NCBI GenBank assembly: GCA_025786725.1
Contig: JAHLTZ010000025.1
Coordinates: forward strand, 310,001 to 374,000
Origin: Syncephalis fuscata S228
Lineage: Eukaryota; Fungi; Zoopagomycota
DNA: 64,000 nt
Direction of reading: 5' to 3'
Shown here in pieces: positions 38,376 to 49,229 of this stretch. How positions within the stretch are numbered: position 1 is the first letter of the stretch; every line of letters starts with the position of its first letter. Made by a program: the position numbers and the translations under genes. The notes beneath the pieces were generated by a model. The model was given only the letters and a program-made list of their open reading frames with translations. It was not told where the DNA came from and ran no database searches.

Positions 38376-39587
38376 ATTTGGTAATCAAATGATAACATTT
38401 AATCATATTCGTGCAATTGAGCCAGGCATTCCTTCTATTGAACATGGAACTGGGTGGTGAATGATATCAGCCATTAAAATATAATAATTTGAATATTGTA
38501 TACCAGCAATAAGAATATGGATAACACTGTTATAAATATCGTTTATTAATTAGTTAATTATACTACGGCAATAATAAATTATGCCAGTTATCGCTCTAAC
38601 ATTATCTAGTGTTTATTATGGTTTTCAATATATATATATTAGCACACATACTAGCATATAGTCTGTAGCAGTCATAACTTTCTAGGCTGTCATAGCTTTA
38701 GTGCTGCATACAGCAGCTTTGGCTCGTCATAGATCGCGACGCAGTCATTGTGTTGGCAGCCGTACATATACATATGTAGTAACCGTGGCAAATTGCACTG
38801 TTGTACTGACGCTGAGAACTTGTTCAGTGACTACACCAGCTGTCCGATCTATCACTATTGCTGGCGTATGCGTACAGAAGCTGCACATGATAACTGCAAA
38901 GACTATATGCTGCCATAATACTGTATACTCTGTTTTGCTATAGATTGCCGCTGCAGATCGTACTGACAGCAGCCTGTACCGTCTCGATAGTAGTAGATCA
39001 CACTGCCCTGTGGAAATAGTAAAGCTGTTGCCAGATGACCTGTAGTGGCGATTTATAACAAAACAGAACACACAACGCTATTTTTGCAGCATATACTCAA
39101 CACAACGCAAAACAAGCCAGAAAGGCACCCACCGTGTCAATAAAGCTGCTAAAAGCAATCACTGAAGTGAAGGAGGTGCTTTGCAAAAAGGTCAGATTAC
39201 AAAAGAGCAAGGCAAGGACATAGTAAACAAGGTGTTTGTGCCTAACTAGTAGCCAGTCAACTACTGACACTATCTATGTAACATATATGGAATGTACAAG
39301 TATACGGTATGGATACATGCTATCAAGTGTAAATAAAGAGAAAGGAAATGTAGTGACGTAGATTGTATGCTGTGTTGTTATATGAGTGGATTTACAAGTC
39401 AATTGACCCCCAGAACACTCATTATTGTAGAACGTGTGTTCAGTATTGATCAGTATATCAAAAAGCTTAATTATGCTAAAAGTCATTTGACCCCCAAAAC
39501 ACTCATTATTATAAACAATTAAAAGCGAACAAATGCATTAAACAATAAAAGTCATTTGGCCCCAAAACTGCTCATTATCATAGAACA
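38376..39587 (-). mobile_element. Dispersed repeat family copy C (1.2 kb; putative non-autonomous element)
   Basis: Nearly identical to 46412-47620. Motif AAGTCATTTGACCCCCAAAACACTCATTAT occurs three times (39396, 39480, 39549), with an inverted version at 38377. Internal palindromes at 38653-38911 and 38901-39098. No coding capacity. Confidence 0.7.
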
Positions 39588-39989
39588 CGATATTATGCTG
39601 ACAACTGTACCGTTAAGCATTAGATTTAGCATATAAGTAATAGTATTTATTGAATGTTGAATAAAATACCTGTAAGCATATCTATTCCAGACTACATTTA
39701 TATATATACTGTTTTAAATTGTACTATTGTATATAGAGTCGATTGTAATGGCATTAATGTATTTGTATTATTTTAGCATCATATAAGCTGTGCTTAGTAT
39801 TTTTAATAAAGTCGATCATCTTATTAAGAATACAAAAAAAGAAATGCAGCTTACATGGCTGCTAAAATAATACAAATACATTAACACAGCACCAACAGCA
39901 GCAGCAATGGTAGCTAGTCACACCTAAATGACCCCCCTATTCCACAATGCCATGACAAGGCTGTCGGGCGATCAAGTTGACCACGACAA

Positions 39990-40171
39990 TGAATGGCCGC
40001 ATCTTCACGGCAAGGTTACACCAATGCAAGGAAGATCTCCGCACTTGAGTGGTGTACGACCCTTGCTGCTAAGCCAGCACAGAGAAAGTCTGGATCAGGT
40101 GGCGAAGCAGCAAAGAATGACACTTTAGTTGCCAAAAGTCATTCTGCTGCTGCTCATTAGTAGTCACACGA
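39990..40171 (+). ncRNA. Weak candidate two-hairpin (H/ACA-like) RNA
   Basis: Hairpin CGGCAAGG/CCTTGCTG plus TACACCA/TGGTGTA (40008-40068), AGAGAA at 40081, hairpin GCAGC..AGAATGAC/GTCATTCT..GCTGC (40107-40150), ACA at 40166. Confidence 0.3.
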
Positions 40172-42611
40172 CTTTATTCCCTAAAGTCAATTAGCTCTTT
40201 TACATTGTGGACTGGCACAAACCGGCCGACAAGGCCATTCATTTGGTGACTAGATGTGAAACTGAAAACACGCATGTCTCCACTCGCCATCTCTTCTCCT
40301 CTTCCTTCTTCTGTTACTGAGTCGATACTGTGCCTCCCTCTATTGCGGGTCCACTTTTCTTCTTCTTCTATCAATTGTATTATTATTACTCGTCATTAAT
40401 AACGCTCTAATAGTCTTATTATCCTACCGTAGTACATTCCATGAATCGTTATTAAGATCTGTACGTTTCTGTTGCATTCAGATGGTCTTTCAATGACTCA
40501 GACGCTTCTCAGTGATCCAGACGTATAGACACTTTAATTTCTTTTTCCCTTGGTTTCGGCGATTATTTGTGTTCCGGTTTCTGTCCATATCGATTCAGTT
40601 TGTATAGGCCATTTCCTGATTGGTCACTGCTTGGCACTTTTCAGTGAAACAAAAAATTCAAAGTGGTTTTCCTTAGTAAACCGTTCGAGTCAGTCAGTCA
40701 CAGTAGTTGTTCACATTACTGAGCACTTACTCACACAGCCTGGTCAAATCATTGACTGTTTTTAATTATTCCGAACGAATATTCTCACCAGATCGATTAC
40801 CTTTCCTAACTTCCTTCAAAACTGCGCCACATCTGTTGCATCAAACCTTCTTTTCCCTTTGGGCTTTTCTTGCTTTCTATTCTGCGTGCGCGCTCTCCGA
40901 CATCGCCGACATCGTCTTCGTCATCATCTACACCATATTGCTTGCATATTGCTTGTGTTCTTTATTTCCTTTTCGTCCGACATCGCCGCTTCAGCCAACT
41001 TGAGCAAAAGGCAGCTGACGTGTCTCCTTGTATCACATCTACTTGTCCAAGTTACTCGAGTGTACTACCATCAGTGCAGGCACCGCAGTAGCAACAGCAA
41101 CGACAGCTACAGTCATCGTAGTTACTGCACCGTTAGCCGTAATAACTACAGTCAAGGTTATACTTACTTGCCACGTGCACTTGCTTTCATTGTATACTTG
41201 TTCATTTAACTGTGCAACAGTCACATTGTATTGGTCCTTACTACCTGTGGCCGATTAATATTTGTTCCTCGTTAACAAGGTAAGATGTTTTCTAATGCAT
41301 GCACTCCCTCTTACATGCATGCGCGAACGCACGTGGATATACGCATGTTCCGAACAATGGCATGCTATGTTGTGTTTACGCATGTCCCCCTGTTTCTATC
41401 ATTTTACCGGCATTGCTACCCAGCTGTATGTAGGTGCTGTACTATTGTGTGTATGGACCTATGTACGCTGTATGTACGCTGTATGTACGCTGTATGTATG
41501 TGTGCATTGTTTGTCTCAATGATAGCATGTCAATGTTTTATCGTTGTTTTGTTATTACTTTTATTGCTGTTGTCGTCATACTTCCTGTTTGGTAGGCTGT
41601 CTTATGCACACAATAGTAGGCTAGCTGTGCTTTGCCTTACTTTGTATTAGACACGGCAGTGTCCCGGCAGCCTGGCGTGTATCAGTGTTGTTTATGACAC
41701 AACTATATTATATTCGCTCATACTCGGCAGTTTTTTCCGATTCAATTAGTCTACCAATCCGTCTATATTCCACGTGCTAATTTCCTCTTTATTGGCTTGT
41801 ACGTAAGTAAATGGGCTAACAATATAGCCATTGCGCATATTGAGGCACTTTGACATGCTTGATGCATGGATGGCGTCGTTTCCCTTAATTCGATGCTCGT
41901 GATTTTCTTGTTTACTATTCGGCTGGACCCTTGGCACTATTGCTGATAGTGCCATCCACGTTCTTGTTGGCAACAAGTTAGCTGCCATACGTTTGCGTGG
42001 GTCGTGCGCAATATGCACAGGCGCTGCAATACCGGCAGCCGTTTATTAGCAAGTAAGAGTATGGATAGCGCATTGTGTGTTCACTTTAAACGACATTGTC
42101 GAATTTAAGAGGGAATGACACTATCCATAACTTATACCGACTAGTAAACCGACTATTGCTACTGTGGTGTCTGTGCGTATTTGTGCACGACCCGCACAAG
42201 TTATGACGACTAGTAGTAACCTTGTCTATTCACTCTTGAATGCATGAAACGCTGGACGGCGCGTTTACGTGCACAACGTGACTTTTGCACTTTTCATGTG
42301 TATCATGATTGTCTCTATGTTTTTTCTAATCTTGCCCGCGTGTCTATGTATCAGCGTTATCTGTTTTTGCCAAGCAAGCGAACAATCGCGCACACTCAAA
42401 TGACCATTGCCAGGTCGACAAAGGCAATAGCTTACAATGCCTCTTTTTTCTTTTTGAATTATGCATTTCTGTTTCTAAACATTTTATTCTTTTGTAGTAT
42501 CATTGCACGCGTACTAACTATTGTTCTACAGAGTTGTATCTACGTATACCATCCTTATTGGTGGAAAACGACGCCGCAACCTCTGGTCTGCCAGCTATTC
42601 ATTACAGCGGC

Positions 42612-45256
42612 ATGTCAGATAATAAATCGTTGCGTAGTGGCCGCATAGAAGGCAACGCTGCCGCTAATGAACAGCATACGATGCTGTTTAGTGGCGATGT
42701 GGGTGCATCCAACGCGTATAGTATGGATCCAACCGCCGCTTATCGACAGCATTCGTCTGAGCCAGCAGTGGCCGGCGACAATATGCAGCAGTCGCATTAT
42801 TTACCGATGGAGCCACCGATTGGCTCACAACCAGTGCTTGGCTATGGTATGGGGTATGTTCCGTCACAGGCCGGAGGGGAGGGTGCGAACATGTATGGAT
42901 ATGCTGCACAGGTCCCAATGCAGCCAATGATGCAGTCTGGTGACGCCTCGGGATCCTTTGCCAATGTACCGGTCAGCAGTTCATTGTCTCAAGGGCGGAA
43001 TAAGCCAGCCAAGCGTAAACAAGTCAAAAATGCATGTGGTACGTGATCGGCTTGGCATTTAAAATGAATGAAGTTACACTAACTAGCGCTGATCCTTTTT
43101 CGTATCCACAACATTAGTTAATTGTCAAAAAGCATGCAAGAAATGCGACGATGGTAGGCCGTGCCAACGTTGCGTTAAATACAATCTAGTTGATACATGT
43201 GTGAATTCACCACGCAAAGAGCGTAAAAAGGGCGTTAAACGCGGCCCATACAAACGACGACAAAAGGCAGACCACGATAGCGATATTGGTCATGGCTCTA
43301 TTACCGCGGGTGAAGAAGAGAGTGTATTTCCTGGCAGTAGTAAGTACAGTAACATGTATTAATGTTATTTGATATAGTATTTAATACTAATATTTAATAT
43401 TTAATATTTAATACCAATTTAGTGATGGGTACTATGCCAACCGTAGGCATACCAGGTCAGGCCATGCCCACTCAGGATATTTCTTATTATCCCGCTTATT
43501 ATCCGACACAGCAGCCGATGATTTATGATCCGAATCAATTGCCACAAGGTCAGCCAGGCAGCTACTATTACATGTCTGCTCCGCCACCACCTCCGCCACA
43601 TCAATCGCATCAATTACATCCCAGTACAATGAGTGCTGAACAACAGCAACAGCAACAGCAACAGCAACAACAAATGGGTATGCTACCACAGCAGGCACCT
43701 CATCCTGGCTATTACTATCAACAGTATTATCAGGCACCGCCACCACCTATTGCTCAACCGACTCAGCATTCACATACATTTTCATCTAGTGCCATGGGTA
43801 TGCATCAACAAGGACAGATCGGCGGTATACCAAATGCATCAGTCTCACCCAGCGATGGTCAGCCACAGTTGACGACACAACAAGGCAATGATGGCCATTC
43901 ATTTTCACTTTCTGGTGGACTTCAACATACAGCGGCAGTCATGATAGCGCCAGTAATAGCGCTATCGCCAACTATGACTTATAAACGCCGTGATAGCAAG
44001 ATGGATATACTATCCGAGCTATGTACTGCTGTGCTAGATCGTGATAAGCAACGTGATCAGCCAGGTGGTGATAGTGATGCTAGCGTTACTGAAGACGACT
44101 GTCGTCAAGTTGATGAAGCCAAACTATCTACTAATTGGATGGGTACGCGACATGATATATCTAATAATAAGACATTGTTCGATGAATGGAAGCCAATGCA
44201 CGACAACAAAAAGGAAACATGGAATGATCGATGGGATAGACATACAACGCCGCCACCTAGTCCAAAGATGGAAAGCTATCGACGGGCTAGCAGTGCTGAT
44301 ATGTTATGCGAAAAGGATTATGCTGTACAGCGTAATTCATTTTACTCGATAAATCTAGTCATTTACACCGGCATTCGATAAAGTGCCATCTCAATCTTCT
44401 CCTTCTGATCATGGTTATCGCCGTCGCCGTCCCAGTACATTGCCGCCACTTGTTGGTCTAAATGCACTCGGTATTATGACACCTGAACATTCGCCAAGAC
44501 ATGAAAGCTTTCCTGGATGGCAGCATCTTTAAACGACGTGCAACCAGCATCGTCTAGTGATGACGACACTACAATGTGGCCATCTAGACAACAAGATAAT
44601 ACAGATGACACTTCGCCTTTATTACCTTCTAATTGGCCACATCTACTACCGGCACCTAATCAATCTGGATCGCTATCACAGCCAGATAAAGTATTAGATG
44701 CTTTATTGCCGCAACGTCGACTATCAGCACCTGAAATATGCACTCAAGCCAAGGACAGTATTGAATTGCGGCGCTATTCAGATACAATGAAAGATTGCAA
44801 GGCAAGTGGCTGGCTTAAACAACAGGAATTGCTTAAAACACTGGATGATACATTGACAACGCCGTCTAATCAACAAAAGTCTACAGCTAACGATAAGACT
44901 GAATCTACGGCAATGAATCCAGTTATCGAACAACAGCCACAACTAATGAACAACACAGCACTTCTACTTAATGAATCAAGATGGAACAGGAAGTGCCATC
45001 ATTGACAGCATCTATTTCTTTAACTCATAGTAATAGTAATAACAATACCACTAATGAGAATAATAATAACACTGATCTACCTATGACAGCAACGGCAACG
45101 ATTGAGAATGGCCACTCGTCAGTATCCAACGCTAATTCTACTGCTCTGGTCAACAAGATGGATTATGAAGAAGAAGAAGGAGAGATTAGCGATATGAATA
45201 GTAATAATATTGACCACGACGACAATAATGACCATCATTCTGTGTTTAACTTTTAA
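42612..45256 (+). CDS. Zn(II)2Cys6 transcription factor with Q/P-rich regions (apparent indels in the 3' half; true start may be further upstream)
   Basis: Spliced KRKQVKNACVNCQKACKKCDDGRPCQRCVKYNLVDTCVNSPRKERKKGVKRGPYKRR; polyQ tract; upstream acceptor with TACTAAC branch point at ~42512-42531. Confidence 0.85.
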
Positions 45257-45754
45257 TCACAGCCATTCTTATCATTGCCTGGCTACTTTAGCTGGTTTTG
45301 TATGTTTTTTGTTTGTTTGTTTGCTTAGTTCTCCTCGCCACCTCGATAGATATACTGTACTCTTTTTGTTTCCCGTACTTACGCGCCTTTCCGACTTTCT
45401 ACACACCCACCCATCCATTATTGCTTAATAACTGCGCCTTCGCAAACATGTTCACTTTGACACACTATAAGCTTACCCATCATATTACATCACATCATCC
45501 CACGAGTAATTCCATTACAAGCACGAACTGGACGGATTTACCCTCCCTATTGTTTGTCGGATCCGTTTTATCATTACATATTAACTTCGATGCTGCGAGG
45601 AATAAATTTTGTTTTTGTTATAATCAATTATATGAATAATAGTGCTATTATTAAAGGATCATGGTTTAGTTAGAACCATTACATAAGTGTTTGTTTTTGT
45701 TATAAATACTATAATTTAGATGGACAAGCTATTGCTTATTAATAGTTTAGTGTG

Positions 45755-45950
45755 ATTGGGGGCCAAAGGCTATTTTTAATAACATTCGCGTAGTTGAACT
45801 ACATTTTTGTTCTATTGAACATGGGGACAAGTGGTGAGTTTTATTTAATCATCACATTATTACATTTATTGGATTTGGTGGTCAAATGACTATTTTAATA
45901 ACGCCCAATCTATTAAACATGACGGTGGGTGGTGAGTGACATTAATATCA
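45755..45950. repeat. Additional inverted subterminal motifs of the repeat family
   Basis: TTGGGGGCCAAAGGCTATTTT and TTTGGTGGTCAAATGACTATTTT, each followed by a TCTATT(G/A)AACATG...GTGGTGAGT block like that at 38433-38462. Confidence 0.7.
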
Positions 45951-46411
45951 AATACTCATTGTAGATTTATATCCAATATGCATATATCCATCATTTACCT
46001 ATATTATTGCCATTCTGTCCCACACTACTATGTATCATTCTACATACACTAGACACATCTATTATTTATATGTTCATTAACTTTACTTATTCCACTCATT
46101 GCGTTGTATGTACCATACTTTAACATTGTGCTATATACTTTCTTACCGTACACTTATCATTTATATATTATCTATACTCGTCTAGCCCTCCTCTATCCAA
46201 TATTAATTTTATTTTTGTTCTAGCTCTATTCATATCATTATATTAATCTACATTATAATGAATACTTTCCATTCATAGCTGCTGTCTAATTGATAATAGC
46301 TTTATTAATTTTAATATCTGTTCATTAAATCAATATAATATATACTAGTTAGTTTATTTATTTATTTGTTTTTTAGTTATAATTATTAATGATTATCAGT
46401 GATTCGGTGCA

Positions 46412-47620
46412 ATTTGGTAATCAAATGATAACATTTAATTATATTCGTGCAATTGAACCAGGCATTCCTTCTATTGAACATGGAACTGGGTGGTGAATGA
46501 TATCAGCCATTAAAATATAATAATTTGAATATTGTATACCAGCAATAAGAATATGGATAACACTGTTATAAATATCGTTTATTAATTAGTTAATTATACT
46601 ACGGCAATAATAAATTATGCCAGTTATCGCTCTAACATTATCTAGTGTTTATTATGGTTTTCAATATATATATATTAGCACACATACTAGCATATAGTCT
46701 GTAGCAGTCATAACTTTCTAGGCCGTATAGCTTTAGTGCTGCATACAGCAGCTTTGGCTCGTCATAGATCGCGACGCAGTCATTGTGTTGGCAGCCGTAC
46801 ATATACATATGTAGTAACCGTGGCAAATTGCACTGTTGTACTGACGCTGAGAACTTGTTCAGTGACTACACCAGCTGTCCGATCTATCACTATTGCTGGC
46901 GTATGCGTACAGAAGCTGCACATGATAACTGCAAGGCTATATGCTGCCATAATACTGTATACTCTGTTTTGCTATAATTGCCGCTGCAGATCGTACTGAC
47001 AGCAGCCTGTACCGTCTCGATAGTAGTAGATCACACTGCCTTGTGAAATAGTAAAGCTGTTGCCAGATGACCTGTAGTGGCGATTTATAACAAAACAGAA
47101 CACACAACGCTATTTTTGCAGCATATACTCAACACAACGCAAAACAAGCCAGAAAGGCACCCACCGTGTCAATAAAGCTGCTAAAAGCAATCACTGAAGT
47201 GAAGGAGGTGCTTTGCAAAAAAGGTCAGATTACAAAAGAGCAAGGCAAGGACATAGTAAACAAGGTGTTTGTGCCTAACTAGTAGCCAGTCAACTACTGA
47301 CACTATCTATGTAACATATATGGAATGTACAAGTATACGGTATGGATACATGCTATCAAGTGTAAATAAAGAGAAAGGAAATGTAGTGACGTAGATTGTA
47401 TGCTGTGTTGTTAATATGAGTGGATTTACAAGTCAATTGACCCCCAGAACACTCATTATTGTAGAACGTGTGTTCAGTATTGATCAGTATATCAAAAAGC
47501 TTAATTATGCTAAAAGTCATTTGACCCCAAAACACTCATTATTATAAACAATTAAAAGCGAACAAATGCATTAAACAATAAAAGTCATTTGGCCCCAAAA
47601 CTGCTCATTATCATAGAACA
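46412..47620 (-). mobile_element. Dispersed repeat family copy D (near-identical direct repeat of copy C)
   Basis: Matches 38376-39587 base for base apart from roughly a dozen substitutions or indels; a fourth subterminal motif follows at ~47669-47711. Confidence 0.7.
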
Positions 47621-47912
47621 TATATTTAGTATAATAGCGAGTAAACTAAAAGATTAATTAAACATAATAAAGTCATTTGACCACTCAAAATAAGTCATTA
47701 TTATAAACCATGTTTGTTACTAAATAGCAAATATATTAAACTAATAATTGTTTATTTAGATTACCATTTATTCTGGATCAAAAATATAAACTATACAAGT
47801 ATTATATTAATAATGGGTGTGTATATTTTGTATACTAATAGCCAGTATATAATGGTAATCTATAATCCTATAAGCGGTAGAGGTGTGCTAAAGCAACAGC
47901 CTATTGTGCCGC

Positions 47913-48736
47913 TTAAAGGGATTCCTTAGCAGAGACACCACCGCCAGCTGAAGCTTGGGCATCGACTTCGACCAAACGCGCACGTTTGCCATCACCTTCT
48001 CCAAGTAGCATTGGATCTTTTTCAATTACCAGAGAACGTAGCCAACGATTCTCTTGTTCTAGCTCACGAAGACGATCTTCTAATCCTTGAACACGGTCTG
48101 TCATGTCTTGAGCTGTTTTTTCCAATTGTTGTTCTTTTTGTTTCTTCTTTAAACGAAAACGGGCCGATGCAGCGGTATTGCGACGGCGTTTATCCTCGTC
48201 CGGTGATATTATGGACTTGGATAGCAATGGGCTGGTGGCTGGTGGCGATGGAGAAAGCGATATACGTTTTGCTGGAAGTGCTGGACGGATTGGTGATGGA
48301 GAGCGGCGTTTGGGTGAAGTAGTACGTTGCGGTACAGCTTCAGTTGGTGCTACCGGTGATCCAACCGCCGGTACTGGGATTGAGATAGTAGGCGGTGTGG
48401 CAGTAGGTGCGCTGACTGCTGGTGGTTGTACATTGTTGCTAGCTGCGGCAAGTTGAGCACTTAAAAGAGCTGGCTGTACAACTGAAGTAAGTGCAGGTGA
48501 TGCAGCTAAGGTGCCGAATAGTCCGGTATTAAAGGTTTGAAGTGACGCAAGCAGATTGAATGGTACATTTTGGGAAGCCAGCAGTGCTTGTGCGGCCCGT
48601 TCTTGCTGCTGCTGCTGCTGTTGCTGCTGCTGTTGCAATAAAAGTGCAGCCAACGCTGTAGCATCGATACCTAATTTGCAATGTACATCAAATAGAAATG
48701 ATGTTAATTAGTTGATAATAAATATCAATTAAATAA

Positions 48737-48775
<39 letters not shown>

Positions 48776-49229
48776 TACCTTGATTGGGAAGGCCAATAAT
48801 GTTACGAAGAAGATTGGTATTATTAGTAGCTGATGCTACATCCGATGAAGCTGCCTGTTGTGGCGGCTGTGGAGAAGTTTGACCGGATGAGCTACGAGAC
48901 AAAGCCAGCTTTTTTGTCTTCTTCGATTTCGGGCCGGCTACTGATGACTCCTGACGAAGTCGTTCTTGAAGCTGTTGCTGTGGCCGTGATAGAATTGATT
49001 CTTTGCCGGCTATTTCGGCGGTGGTCGATGGCTTGCGTGATACCGGCGCGGACGGTAAGCCATCAACGCCAAACTCAACTGACTGCCACCAGTCCAGCTC
49101 GCGTTGCAATGATGCCTCTTCATCGACTGATATTGTTGCCGTATCGGTTGTTACTGGCTGATCAGTAGCTGCATAGGGTGGTATAGTATTTAGGTTGGCG
49201 AGCAAGTTGTACGACTGGTAGTTTGACAT
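47913..49229 (-). CDS. bZIP transcription factor, CYS-3/MetR/Zip1 (sulfur regulator) family; 1 intron containing (ATT)n
   Basis: EDKRRRNTAASARFRLKKKQKEQQLE...LEQENRWLRSLVIEK basic region and zipper; N-terminal LLANLNTIP and LQRELDWWQSVEF resemble the conserved CYS-3/MetR N-terminal blocks. Confidence 0.85.

Noticed and set aside
38701-39486. Short ORFs within the repeat copies (also 17815-18152 and 46638-46999)
   Set aside because: Frames are not preserved between copies, several start at non-ATG codons, and no domain is recognisable.
39396-39587. CRISPR-like spaced repeats
   Set aside because: Eukaryotic context, only 3-4 degenerate units and no cas genes; better explained as subterminal motifs of the repeat element.
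40080-40230. Resemblance to SRP helix 8 (CAGGTGGCGAAGCAG) and RNase P/MRP CR-I (GAGAAAGTCTGG)
   Set aside because: The SRP apical stem is too short, and there is no properly complementary CR-V/P4 partner at the expected distance.
40550-42530. Many overlapping short ORFs upstream of the first Zn2Cys6 gene (similarly 49434-52489)
   Set aside because: Composition and splice signals fit long 5' UTR, intron and promoter sequence; no coding signature or homology is recognisable.
38376-47620. LTR retrotransposon (two 1.2-kb direct repeats about 8 kb apart)
   Set aside because: The interior encodes a spliced host TF, not gag/pol. I found no PBS/PPT, no clean TG..CA at both ends and no TSD, and diverged solo copies have a palindromic rather than LTR-like organisation.
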